A DNA stretch of 64,000 nucleotides from Octopus sinensis (lineage: Eukaryota): positions 109,058,001 through 109,122,000 of the forward strand of contig NC_043003.1 of assembly GCF_006345805.1 (NCBI RefSeq). The letters are read 5' to 3'. The stretch's first letter is position 1. Every line of letters starts with the position of its first letter. This document shows positions 49,601 through 63,662 of this stretch, one piece after another. The position numbers and the translations under genes were made by a program. The notes below the pieces were generated by a model that was not told the DNA's origin, searched no databases, and was given only the letters and a program-made list of their open reading frames with translations.

Positions 49601-52600
49601 TTGGATTGTGAGTTACCTGGTGACCTGACTAGTGTCGGTGCCACAAGATAAGCACCCAGTACACTCTGTAAAGTGGCTTGGTGTTAGGAATGACATTCAG
49701 CCATAGAAAACATGTCAAAACATAACCAGAGTTCAATGCAGTCATCTGGCTTATTGAATCCTGTCAGAGAGTCCAACCCATGCAAGTGAGGGACAACAAT
49801 GATGATGATGGTGTGAGTGTGTGTGTGTGTGTGTGTGTGTACATGTGTATCTCTGTAACATAATTACTGTAAAGTGTTGCCCTGGTGATCTGTTGTGGTA
49901 ACACATCCATTTGCATTTGGAACTTTAAATGCAGAAGTTCCAAACAACCGCAGCAATGAAATGCTTGTATGAACAAATAATCTAAAAACTTGGCACGTAA
50001 AAAGTCACGTAAAAGGGCACCATTCGAGCGTGATCGTTACCAAAGTCACCTTACTGGCACCTGTGCTGGTGGCATGTGTAAAAGGATTTGAGTGAGGTCG
50101 TTGCCAGTACTGCCTGACTGGCCCCCGTGCAGGTGGCGTGTAAAAAACACCCACTACACTCTCGGAGTGGTTGGCGTTAGGAAGGGCATCCAACTGTAGA
50201 AACTCTGCCAAATCAAGATTGGAGCCTGGTGCAACCATCTGGTTCGCCAGCCCTCAGTCAAAATCGTCCAACCCATGCTAGCATGGAAAGCGGACGTTAA
50301 ACGATGATGATGTGTTTATCATAACCACTAAAACTACTAGGCATATAATAAAAACTACTATATTTGAAGCAGACTGGATTAGGATAATCTCCCTGGAGCT
50401 CAAAACTCAACAGAAGCCTTGTGAGTGGAGTTGGTAGATGGAAACTGAAAGAAGCCTGTCGTACGTGTGTGTGTTTTGTATACCACCCTGCTTGACAACT
50501 GGTGTCAGTACATTTACATCCTTGTAACTTAGTGGTTTCATAAAAGAGACTGATAGAATAAGTAAAATAAATAAATGTACCCTTTTACAGCCTAGCCAGG
50601 CTCATGGGCCTGGTTTGCCAGTTTCAATGGTATATGTGTTCCCCAGCTGGATGGGACGCCAGTCCATCACAGCGTTACTCATTTTTGCCAGCTGAGTGGA
50701 CTGGAGCAACGTGAAATGAAGTGTTTTGCTCAAGAACACAATGCATCGCCCGGTCCAGGAATCGAAACCACAACCTTACAATCATAAGTTCATCACCCTA
50801 ACCACTAAGCCATGCACCTCCACTGATAGAATAAGTACCAGGCTTAAAAATATATAAATAAAATAAAATAAAAGGTTGGGGTTGAATCAATCGACTAAAA
50901 TTCTTCAAGGTGGTGCCCCAGCATGGCCACAGTCTAATGGCTGAAACAAGTAAAAGAATAACAGAAGACACACATACACATACACACCCACACATTCAAT
51001 GAAAACAAATAGTTTTGAACTCACCTCTCCCATCAGTACATGCCGTTTGATTATCATTTGCTAACACAGACCTCCACTAATTTCGTGGGGGCACTGTGGT
51101 TTTCATCTCTTACAAATAAGCAAGTCAAACAAACACTTTGACTAAAAACCGAATTACATAAGACATTTCATACTGATGTAATACTATTACATGATGTGAC
51201 AAGTGAAAATGCAATTTAAAAAAAAAACCAAAAGATTTTTGTTTTGTTTTTATGCCTTTTCTGCAAAGTAATCATCTCTCATCTGTATCTTGGGAAATCA
51301 CATTCCATCCCATAATTATCTTTACTTCCACAGAAGAGTTAGAGGAAAAAAAAAAAAGAAAGAAAAATGGTAAATGAAATAAAATAAAAACTTTAAAAAA
51401 AATATAATATCAATAAAATAACCACAGAATATCTTTAGGCTGTTTCTTGTCAGTTCGCTTCTTACATTTTGGTTAAAATGTCTGCCGCTAACAAACAACA
51501 ACATGCTGGCTGAAACAAAAGACACAGCAGATATAAAAAAAATATAAAAAAGACAAATAATAACAAAAGCAAAAAACACCAAAGAAGAAAAAAAAAGCAA
51601 AACAGAAACTGAAAATAAAATTTAATAATTGTTATTGATTGGTCGAGACATGTTTACTCCTCTCACTTGCAAATTTTCTTCTTTTTACTCGCGTCTTTAT
51701 TCTTCTTTACTTTTTCGTCTTCCTCTTCCACCACCTTCTTCTCCCTCTCTCTCTTATCCACTACCACACTCCTCCTCCTCCTGCTGAATTATCAAAAGCC
51801 AAGTACTTGGCTTTCGATAATTTTAGAGCATGGAGCTGGCAAAGAAGACTGTTGATGTTTTACTGCTGCTCTTGTTATTTAGACTCAGGTCAACCCTTAA
51901 TCAAGCTAAGATATGATGGAAAAATTTCCATTACTGATCATCCCATCCCATCCCATCTTTTCCTGATGTGCAGGAAACCGGGACTGCATTTGATTTTTTT
52001 TTTTAAAGATGTCAGTGTGATATTTAAAGGAGAATTAGCTGCTATTTCTAGCTATAAACCAAGAGGTGATGCTTGTTGAATTTACTATGTGTGGGCCTCA
52101 TAATTCATTGAGCTGTGTACAAATCTCACAGGAATTTCATTTTTACCTTTCTTCAGGGCCAGACAGTGATGATGGCAAGCTGGCAGAATCGTTAGCACGC
52201 TGGGCGAAATGCTTGGTGGTATTTTGTCTGCCGCTACGTTCTGAGTTCAAATTCCGCCGAGGTCAACTTTGCCTTTCATCCTTTCGGGGTCAATGAAATA
52301 AGTACCAGTTATGCACTGGGGTCGATATAATCGACTTTATCCATGTATCTGTCCTTGTTTGTCCTCTCTGTGTTTAGCCCCTTGTGGGTAGTAAAGAAAT
52401 AGGTATGACAAAACAAGTAAATTAACACTGTATAACCTAATTTTTGTCCTTGGGGAGCAAGTGTTATTTCCTATTTGCTGATCCCTAAAAAATGGCTAAT
52501 ACTTCCTTCAATTTTTGCTTTTGTTACATTTATTCAAACTCCAAAGAATTCCTCTCAACACCTGGCTATGATCAGTACCAGATTTAGGACAAATGAGGCC

Positions 52601-53650
52601 TTGTCCTAGTTAAGTTATGAAACCCCATATTTGGACAGTCAGGCATATATGTTCAGGAAATTTAGGAGTTCACATTATTAATTTCACTTTTGTAACTATC
52701 AGGAAAAACATTTGAACAGTTGACACTTAAAAATTTGGGGGGCACACTTTAAGCACAATGGTAAATTCAGCACGGGCTATGATGCTCCTCCACTGCACCT
52801 GCCCATGATCAGAGACACACATTTTGTTAGCCACTAAGGGACATACTCAAGTGGTTATGGTCAGACAAGCAAACCCATGGTATTGAGCAGAATATTTGCT
52901 ATAATGATATTTCTGCTTCAGCAACTCAGAGCTGAATCTGTCTAAAATGTAATGGAAAATAGGTCAGTTTCAAAACATTGATATCCAAATCACAAAAGCA
53001 AAGTTTGAAGGGAAGAGTTGTCATTTCCTTTGATTTCTAAAAAGAAGCAAATAGGAAATAACATTTATTGACCAAAGACAAAAAAAAAATGTTCTTAATT
53101 TATCTATTAACTTTTGTCTTTTACTTGTTTTACTCATTAGACTGTGGCCATACTGGGGCATGGTCTTGAAGGATTTTAGTCAAACAAATCAAATCAACCC
53201 CTGTGCTTATTTTTAAGGCTGGTACTAATTCCATCAGTCTCTTTTGCAAAAACTGCCATATTACAAGGGTTATAAACAAACTATAACCTTCCTCCCCCAA
53301 AATTGCTGGCCTTGGGCCAAAATATGAAACCATTATGGGTTTAATCAAATTTTATCTGAGAAAACTATCACCAAATGGTATTACAAATTGTCAAGTGTAA
53401 CATATTTCATGACGTGAGGAAGAAAAACAATTGACTGTTTCGCGTGGCCATTGCCAGTACTACCTGACTGGCCCTCGTGCTGGTGGCATGTAAAAGCACC
53501 CACTCCACTCTCAGAGTGGTTGGTGTTAGGAAGGGCATCCAGCTGTAGAAACTCTGACAGATCAAATTGGAGCCTGGTGCAGCCATCTGGCTTGCCAGTC
53601 CTCAGTCAAGCCGTCCAACCCATGCTGGCATGGAAAGCGGATGTTAAACA

Positions 53651-53690
<40 letters not shown>

Positions 53691-54315
53691 GATGGAAGCC
53701 TGTATTGAAGACAAACATTTCTACTCTTCTATTCTTTTCATAACCATCATCATCATTTAACGTCTGCTTTTGATGCTGCCATGGGTTGGACAGTTTGACA
53801 GGGGCTGGCTGGGTAGAAGACTGCACCAGACTTCAGTGTCTGTTTTGGCCTGGTATTTTACAGCTGAATGCCCTTCCTAACACCAACCATCCCATAGAGT
53901 GAGCCGAGTGCATTTTACATGGCACCAATGCAGGAAAGATCTGTTTTAGCATGGTTTTTACATGCTTTCCAAATGCCAACCACTTTACAGTTTGAACTGG
54001 ATGCCTTTTACATAGCACCAGCACTGGCAGGGTCACCGAGTAACTTGCAAGGCAAAAGATCCTTTGGGAAATGAGGGAACATGGAGGAGGGGATCTTGTA
54101 CCAGATGATGAAAGATTAGAGTGTGACAGAGAGACAGAAACAGGTGTCTTGCTGTAGATGAGATACAGAAAGAGGGAGAGAGAGAGAATGGTCAAGAGTG
54201 AGGACAGAAACAAGAATGTTGCTGTAAGATCATTGGATGGCAGCCATTTTTAGAGACCCCCTTAAAGAGTTTGGTTAATCATATTGGGACCAGGACTTAT
54301 TTTTTAGTCTGGTTC

Positions 54316-55231
54316 TTTCAGATTGGGATCGTTGGACTCTTACGCGAATTGTTAGAGAGGATCACAAAAGTACAGCTCCCAAAATTACTGCAGAGCTTAA
54401 TGACCACCTCGAGAACCCAGTTCCCACAAAAACTGTTCACCAGGAGCTGCACAAAGCCAGATTTAACAGGAGGGCTGAAAACAGAAAACCACTATTTTCA
54501 AAAACAACTGTTGCAAAGTGTTTAGAGTGGAGTAAAAACCTACAGAATTGATCCCTAGAGCAGTGCAAGAATGTTATTTTCTCGGACTCTTGGACAAACC
54601 ATCCTTTACCCTATTTCCGACCACTGGTCGTGTATATGTGTGGAGACAGCCAAAAGAAGTATTTGACCCAGACTGCTTTCTTCCAACTGTTAAACATGGA
54701 GAAGGATCTGTGATGATCGGGAATGGGGGAGTTATATCTTGGAAATCTGCCAGCCCAATGGTTTCTCTTCATGGCAGAATTGATAGTCAAGACTATTTAA
54801 GCATTTTATCTGATCAAATTCATCCTATGGTTGCAGAACTGTTTCCAGAGCGAAACACAATCTTTCAGGATGATAATGTACCAATTCACACAGCTAAAGT
54901 CGTTACTGAATGGCATGAAGAACATTCTAGTGAAGTTGAACATCTTATCTGGCCACCACAGTCCCCTGATCTCAATATTATTGAACATTTATGGTGCAGT
55001 TTAGAAAAACATGTAAGAAGTTGATATCCACCACCATCATCACTACAAGAAATGGAGACTGTTTTAGCTGAAGAATGGACAAAAATTCCTTTAGAAGCAA
55101 TTCAACCTTTGTACGAGTCCATACCTCATAGAATTCAAGCTGTAATTACTGCCAAAGGCAGTACTACTCCATATTAAAATAAATAAATTTGTTTGAGATT
55201 TTAAAGTGCTTCCATTTTTCTTGTGTAACCC

Positions 55232-55234
<3 letters not shown>
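54316..55234 (+). mobile_element. Tc1-family (DD34E-type) transposon relic with 3' TIR
   Basis: VYVWRQPKE..PTVKHGEGSVMI, FQDDNVPIHTAK and WPPQSPDLNIIEHLW. Stop at 55177, then TTTTCTTGTGTAACCCCTG plus TA. Confidence 0.9.
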
Positions 55235-55270
<36 letters not shown>

Positions 55271-56019
55271 CTTTTATTCTTTTACTTGTTTCAGGCATTT
55301 GACTATGACCATGATGGAGCACTGTCTTTAATCGAACAAATCGACCCCAGGAATTATTCGTTGTAAGCCTAGTACTTATTCTATCAGTCTCCTTTGTTAC
55401 AGGGATGTAAACACACCAGCATTGGTTGTCAAGCAATGGTAGGGGAGGGGCAAACATAAACACACAAATATATACATACATGTACATACATATATGTTGG
55501 GCTTCTTTCACTTACCGTTTACCAAATCCACTTACAAATCTTTGGATGGCCTGAGGCTATAGCAGAAGACACATGCAGTGGGACTGAACCTAGAACTATG
55601 TAGTTGGGAGGCAACATTCTTACCACACAGCCGCAACTGTGCCTATATATATATATATGTATACTCATATACGTTATATAAATATATTAATGCTCATTTA
55701 CATACAAAACATACATTATATATGTAGACACACACTTGCACAAAAACACTCACATACTCACAACACACACACACACACACACACAACACACACACACACA
55801 AACACACACGCAAACACACACACACAGATGCACACACGCATAATGGATATTAACTTCTGTCAACTAAATTTCAATTTACTGGTTATTTGTAAGCATGAGG
55901 CTTTTGTATTAGTAAAAAACACTTACCTGAGATGACACCTGCAGGAATGGTGCCAGGTCCCAGAATCACAGTTGCAAAGTAAACTTATACAGACGGCACT
56001 GCCTATACCTGTATATGAT

Positions 56020-56133
56020 GTATATATATATATATATATATATGTGTATGTGTGTGTGTATGTATATATATATATGTATATACATACATACATATATATA
56101 TATATACATACGTATATATATATACATACATAC

Positions 56134-56178
<45 letters not shown>

Positions 56179-56195
56179 CATATATATATACATAC

Positions 56196-56252
<57 letters not shown>

Positions 56253-56280
56253 TATATATATATGTATATGTATATATATG

Positions 56281-56315
<35 letters not shown>

Positions 56316-56472
56316 GTGTGTAGACTCGCCTGGCCCTCGTGCCGGTGGCACATAAAAAGCACCATCCGTTCGTGGCCATTTGCCAGCTCTGTCTGGCACC
56401 TGTGCGGGTGGCACGGAAAACGGACGCTAAACGATGATGATGATGATGATGATGATATATATATATATACAC

Positions 56473-56555
<83 letters not shown>

Positions 56556-56560
56556 GTATA
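56020..56560. repeat. (TA)n/(TATG)n/(CA)n compound microsatellite interrupted by a family D fragment
   Basis: Direct reading. Confidence 0.9.
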
Positions 56561-57539
56561 TAAAAGGTTCTGTGATCAATCATAATGATTAGCCCTGTGA
56601 TCTGCCATAATAATTGGCTTTCTGATCAATCATACTAAATAAAGAATACTGTCTGCTCACATTTGCATAAGTCGACAATTTTCTTTGAGACAAATATCAT
56701 TAATTGCATTTATCTACAATGCCTAATTAGTTCTTATTTTATTAGACACTGGAGGTGGCGAGCTGACAGAATCATTAGCATACCAGACAAAATAGTTTGC
56801 AACATTTCAATTGTCTAGGTTCTGAGTTCAAATTCCACTGAAGTTGACTTTGCCTTTTATTATTTTGAGGGTGATAAATTAAGTGAGTGAAGCACTGAAG
56901 TTGATGGAATTGGCTAATTCCTGCTCACTTGTGTCTGCAATAGAAAGGATTTTATTAGACATCGAAGAATGAAAAGTGGAAAGAAGAACTGACTCTGGCT
57001 GGGGTTGAACTCAGGATATTGAGAGAAGGAATTCATACATTGTATGTAATATATTTGAGTCTGGCACTCTGCTGTTTTTAACACTCCATCAATGACATAA
57101 GAAATCAATAATATGAACAACTATCAGACAGCTTAAGAAATATCGAAGCTAAGTACTTTGTGAACCAATTCTGTTTTGCAAGTCGGCTATAAAGAGTAAA
57201 GAAGAAAATTCTGGATGATACTATTTAAAAATAATGAGACTGTATCTTTGAAGATATTTTTAATGAAAATCAATGAGAAACAAATGAAGAAACAAAAGCG
57301 AGTGAATAGAAATAAACTCAGATTTTCTTTTCTATTTTTTTTTAAAGTTTATTTATTTATTTATGTATTTTTTGTCTAGATAGCAAATTTAATTAGTTTA
57401 TTGCATTATGCAATTGTTAGAGTAGGTGTCTATTTTTTTTAAGAAAAACAAAAATTCTTGCTATTATTATTATGAGAAATTCTTCAGGTACCTCTTTGAA
57501 AGGTGTTGTGATTGAGCTGTAAAAGTCTTTTAGGCGTTT

Positions 57540-58780
57540 GCCACTTGCTTCTCTGGGATTGATCAAGTGATATCGAAACCTCTGATAAGACTTCAATAAT
57601 TGTTGAAAATCAAATAATGCTGTTCATCACTTTTTTCAATCCTTGGGGAAATAGATAAATTTGCCATATTTGTGTACCTGTCAGGTAGGTTTGTACTTGC
57701 AACGTACCTCGATAGTCTGTGGGCTGAGTTTCCCCTTTGGCAAATCTCTGATATTAAATAAAGTTTTAAGCACTTACATTATGCCAAATTTGTAATTCCA
57801 TTTCTCTGGAGCTACCAGATTTGATATGTATATCAATCAAGTGGCTAATAGTTTCTCTAGAATTCATCAAGTGATGCAGACACTTCAATGCGAGTCCCCA
57901 CCCCCACCCACTCAACAAGGGTAGAAAATTGATTTCAGCTGTTCATCATTATTTTTAATGAATGGAGAAAAAGATAGATCTGACATATTTGTAAGTCTAC
58001 TGCATATGTCTACATATATTTCCTCATACCTTGATACTGTCTGGACTGACTTCACTATTGACAGGCTGATGATATCAAATAAAGCATGCAAATTAGCACT
58101 TCCCATTCTGTGGAGCTTCTTGATTTGATGTGCATATAAATCGATTGGCGACTCGTTTCTCTAGAATTAGTCAAGTGATGTAGAGATTTCTGATGAGCTC
58201 CACCAATACGTTGCTATTTAGCTTTTACGTCTTTCAGTCATTAGACTACGGCCATGCTGGGGTACCCCCTTGAAAAATCTTTAGTTGACTGAATCGACCC
58301 CAGTACTTATATTTTGTTTAGGCTGGTGCTTGTTCTATTGGTGTCTTTTGTGGAACTGCTAAGTCGCAGGGACATAAACACACCAACACCGGTTGTCAAG
58401 TGGCGAGGGACACACACACACACACACGCACACACTCACAAATATATAGGCTTCTTCCAGTTTCCCTCTACTGAATCCACCCACTAGGCATTGGTCAGCC
58501 CAAGCAAGGCTATAGTATAAAACACTCACCCATGGCTCCACACAGCGTGGTTGAACCTAGAACCACATGGTTGGAAAGCAAGCTTCTTACCACATAGCAA
58601 CACTGTCAATTTTATTCAGCCTACAGAGAAATTTGTAAATTTACCATATTTGTATGTCTACTAGATAGGTTTTACACATATTATATCCTACCTTGATACT
58701 GTGCGAATAAGGCTTCCTTATTAACAGGCTCTGATAACATATACAGTGTTTATCACTTATAGTATGCAAAATAAGACTGC
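57540..58780. repeat. Old degenerate tandem repeat, unit ~305-320 bp, 3-4 partial copies, interrupted by a SINE
   Basis: CATATTTGT at 57665/57984/58645. TACCT(C/T)GATA at 57705/58027/58689. G(C/T)TTCTCT(A/G)G..TT..TCAAGTGAT at 57547/57851/58155. Confidence 0.7.
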
Positions 58781-59571
58781 TTATAATTTATCCAGTCTAC
58801 AGAGTAATGGGTAAATTGAACATGCTTATATGTTTACCATATAGGCTCACATGTGTAAAACGATGTTTAGCTCTTTAGCATTCAGATTACTCTGTCAAAT
58901 ATGATGCTTATGTATTCACATTGATTTAAATTAGTCATGCATTAATTATATCATAGCTGTGAGATTTTCATGATGTGCCTCTTTACTTTAGGAAGGATAT
59001 TGTAGGGTAGGTGTAAGAAGCTGGATGTGACTAGTTTGAAGAGAAACAGGGAGAGGATTTGGGCTGGATGTAGCTGGATTAAATGCTAAAAAGTTAAATG
59101 TTACTTTACTTACTTGTAACATTTGTATGACTTACTAAAAGCTGCTGTACATTCAAGGCTGGATTAAGATCCATTGAGGCCCTAAGCACTTAAAAAATTT
59201 TGGCTCCCCCATATTTATATAATTCAAATTATTAACAATAATAAACCATAAAATAAATATTTATTTTTCTAAATGAAACAAAATTAACAGTAAGACCGAA
59301 AATTATGCTTATTTTTGTATAGTTCTACTTGGTTTATATTTGAAAATACATGAAGAAAATAAAAATAAACAAAAACAAAAACAAATTACACGAACGTATA
59401 TAAACAGAAGATACAAGTATTACAGGCACTTCACCACACACACACACTAACTAAACATAGACACACATAGAGGTATACGCATGCGCAAATGAAGAGACAA
59501 AGAATAGGAATACAAAATAGCTGACGGTTAGTAAGGAGAGACACACAAATACGAAAGAAGAAAGCAAAGAA

Positions 59572-59611
59572 CCACTGATGAGGTCACAGGAGTGTGACAA
59601 AAGAACTCTGG
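59572..59611 (+). ncRNA. Degenerate type I hammerhead-like motif
   Basis: CCA-CTGATGA-GGTCACA(GGAG)TGTGAC-AAAAG-AA-CTC-TGG, then AATAAA at 59616. The GAAA box is mutated. Confidence 0.4.
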
Positions 59612-60270
59612 CTGAAATAAAATTAAGATTAATGTAAAAAATAAATAACGCTGAAGCAAAGTAACACCAAATATATAGTGCGTGTGTTTTTACTGGCTAA
59701 ACTGGCAAAATGACCATTCCTAAATACAACAATATATATATATATATATATCATCATCATCATTTAACGTCCGCTTTCCATGCTAGCATGGGTTGGACGG
59801 TTCAACTGGGGTCTGGGGAGCCCAAAGGCTGCACCAGGCCAGTCAGATCTGGCAGTGTTTCTACAGCTGGATGCCCTTCCTAACGCCAACCACTCCGAGA
59901 GTGTAGTGGGTGATTTTATGTGCCACCGACACAGGTGCCAGACGAGGCTGGCGAACGGCCACGCTCGGATGGTGTTTTTTATGTGCCACCGACACAGGTG
60001 CCAGACGAGGCTGGCAGACGGCCACGCTCGGATGGTGTTTTTATGTGCCACCGACACAGGTGCCAGATGAGGCTGGCGAACGGCCACGATCGGATGGTGT
60101 TTGTTACGTGCCCACGGCACGGAGGCCAGTCGATGCGGTACTGGCTACGGCCACGTTCGGATGGTTTTCTTGTGTGTGACCAGCACTGGTACCACAAAGA
60201 TACAAATTCCATTGATGTTCATCTATTTTGATTTGTTTTATATATATATATATATATATATGTATTGATG

Positions 60271-60923
60271 TAAGCAGCCTTCCTCTGATATTGTGGCACC
60301 TCTTATGTGTCCATACCTTACACTGGGTACATCTTATGGAGTTTCTACCTATGCCTTTTCTACAGATCGAGCAGGGCCATCTACCTGAAGGGATTTGTGG
60401 TTTGTTTGCCTTCCTACTTATTAAGACTTTGGTTTTAGCTAGGTTGACTCTAAGGCCCTTCGATTCTAATCCTTGCTTCCACACTTGAAACTTTTCCTCT
60501 AGTTCTGATAGTAACTCAGCAATTAGAGCAAGGTCATCAGCATAGAGGAGTTCTCAGGGGCATCCCCTCGTCAATTCGTCTGTTATTGCCTGGAGGACTA
60601 AGATGAATAAGAAGGGGTTGAGGACTGATCCTTGGTGGACCCCTACCCCTACCTGGAATTCTTCACTACTTGTTGCCAACCCTCACTTTACTGACAGCAT
60701 TCCTGTACATGGCTTATACAGCTCTCACTAGCCATTCATCTATCCCTAGTTTCCTCATTGACTACCAGATAAGGGATCGGGGAACCCTGTCAAAGGCTTT
60801 CTCCATGTCAATGAAAGCCAGGTACAGAGGTTTATTTTTGGTGAGGTATTTCTCCTGCAGCTGTCTTACCAGAAATATAGCATCAATGGTGCTTTTCCCT
60901 GGCACAAACCCAAACAGCATCTC
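60271..60923 (-). mobile_element. RTE-clade LINE reverse transcriptase relic
   Basis: FGFVPGKSTIDAIF, LAFIDMEKAFDRVPR, GVHQGSVL.P.LF, LLYADD (~60533-60544) and GLRVNLAKTKV, with several stops. Confidence 0.9.
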
Positions 60924-61175
60924 ATATATATGTAATATACACATGTGTGTGTGTGTGTATGTACATACGTATATATGCATATGAATGTATGTGTATGCAT
61001 ATGTGTACATGTATATATGTGTATGTATATAGGTACAGGTATGGCTGTGTGGTAAGAAGCTCACTTCATGACCACATGAGTCTAGGTCCAGTTCCACTGT
61101 GTGGGTCCTTGGGCAAGTGACAGCTTCTATAGCTTCAGACCAACCGAAGCCTTGTGAGAGGAAATCCATCGTATA

Positions 61176-61216
<41 letters not shown>

Positions 61217-61399
61217 CTGTATTTATCCCACCATCACCGGTGGACAACAGATGTTGGTGTGTTTACATCCCTATAATTTTGCAGTTCAGCAAAAGGGGCT
61301 GATAAAATAAGTCCTGGTGCCCCAGTATGGCCACAGTCAAATGACTGAAGCAAATACAAGAATAAAAGAATGCATGTATGTGTGTTTGTGTATATATAT

Positions 61400-61446
<47 letters not shown>

Positions 61447-62057
61447 ATATATAAATATATATGTATATACATATGTACATACACACATACACACATATAT
61501 GTATGTACGTATGTACGTATATACACACATACTTCGATCATGTTTCTATTATAAACCAAGAGGCATAGTAAAAAAAATACAAATCCATATTTTAATCATT
61601 CTTATATTTGCCTTCATATAAATTAATAGTGGTTATAAAATAAATAAAAGCCACACATGCACACACTCACACATACAGGCACACACACACATATACACAC
61701 ACACACATGCACTCACATACAAACACACAGAGTTCAAGATGTATGCGTTTTTTCCCCAGATAAACACAACAGACATTGACTACAAAAGAACTCAATACAG
61801 GTGTATAGTCTAATATTTATTATAATCTTGTTGACATTGACTTGGAAATTTTGCCAAGTATGTAGCTTGATGATGCTGTTAAATAAGTTGCATAGTTGGC
61901 AGAACTTCAAAGTCCCTGTCAACAAAAATATTATGTACATGTACCCACACACATATATGCATGCACACACACACACATGTTCCAGTATGACCATAACCCT
62001 AGCACTGTAACTAATAAAACAAATAATGAATACACACACACACACACACACACACAC

Positions 62058-62090
<33 letters not shown>

Positions 62091-62589
62091 TATTTCTTTA
62101 TTGCCCACAAGGGGCTAAACATAGAGGGGACAAACAAGGACAGACAAAGGGTTTAAGTCGATTATATTGAACCCAGTGCGTAACTGGTACTTAATTTATC
62201 GACCCCGGATGGATGAAAGGCAAAGTCGACGTCGTCAGAACTTGAACTCAGAACGTACTGGGAGATGAAATATCGCTAAGCATTTCACCCGGCATGCTAA
62301 CATTCCTGCCAGCTCACCACTTTATGGTGCATATATATATATATATGTGTATGTGTGTGTGGTGTGTGTGTGTGTGCCTAGGAATTGCTGTATGATAAGA
62401 AGCTTGCATCACAACCACATTTAATGTGGTTTTGGAGTTAAGTTTTGGCTGCTCTTTCCAGCATGGAGGTATCTCTTAGATACCCTAAATTATAATTTTA
62501 ATAACAATTATTACCTTTGAAGGTTTTTATTCCCATGCTGGCCACTTGATAAGATCGATATTTAAATTAACGATCTTATCCTTATTCTT

Positions 62590-62595
<6 letters not shown>

Positions 62596-62622
<27 letters not shown>

Positions 62623-62647
62623 GTATAAGTATATGTATGTATGTATG

Positions 62648-62678
<31 letters not shown>

Positions 62679-62976
62679 GCATGTATATATTTATATACAT
62701 GTATACATATGTGTGTGTGTATATATATATACACATGTTTACATATATATACATGTATATACATATATATATACATGCATATATATGTATATATATATAT
62801 GTACACATACACATATACCTATATCTATATATATATATACATATGTATATGCTCATGTATATATACATATATATATATATGCAATATATATGTATATATA
62901 TGTATATATATATGTATATATAATATATATATATGCATATATATATACATGCATATATATATATATATATTATACA

Positions 62977-63012
<36 letters not shown>

Positions 63013-63023
63013 ACATATATTAT

Positions 63024-63055
<32 letters not shown>

Positions 63056-63204
63056 TACATATATATATACATATATATTGCATATATATATATATGTGTA
63101 TATATACATGAGCATATACATATGTATATATATATATAGATATAGGTATATGTGTATGTGTACATATATATATACATATATATGCATGTATATATTATAT
63201 ATAC

Positions 63205-63287
<83 letters not shown>

Positions 63288-63331
63288 CATGTATATATAT
63301 ATGCATGTATATATATATATGCATACATATA
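62596..63331. repeat. ~735-bp (TA)n/(TATG)n microsatellite
   Basis: Direct reading. Confidence 0.95.
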
Positions 63332-63662
63332 TAAATAAGGTTAAGTTTGTTATTTAAAATACCGATCATATAATTTGGCTAGCATAGGAATAAAAACCTC
63401 ATAGGTAATGATTATTATTAAAATTATAATTATATCTAGCATGGTGGTATCTCTCAGATACCCTTAATTATAATTTTAATATATGTATACATATGTATAT
63501 ATATATATATGTATGTATGTGTGTGTGCGCGTGTGTGTGTGAGTTTGTGTGTGTGTGTCTGAGTTTGTACCCCCACCATCGCTTGAGAACCAATGTTGCA
63601 GTGTTTATGTCCCTGTAACTTAGCCGTTTGACAAAACATTCCAACAGAATAAGTACTAGGCT

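Noticed and set aside
56940-57310. Purine-rich stretch reading like a decayed ORF (EKWKEELTLAGVELRIL...YFVNQFCFASRL)
   Set aside because: It has many stops and no motif I recognise. It would need a translated homology search.
59914-60165. Regularly spaced repeats resembling a CRISPR array
   Set aside because: The units are contiguous tandem copies without unique spacers, in a eukaryotic context
55923-63338. Many YI/VC-rich ORFs of 100-240 aa
   Set aside because: These are (TA)n/(TG)n microsatellite artefacts
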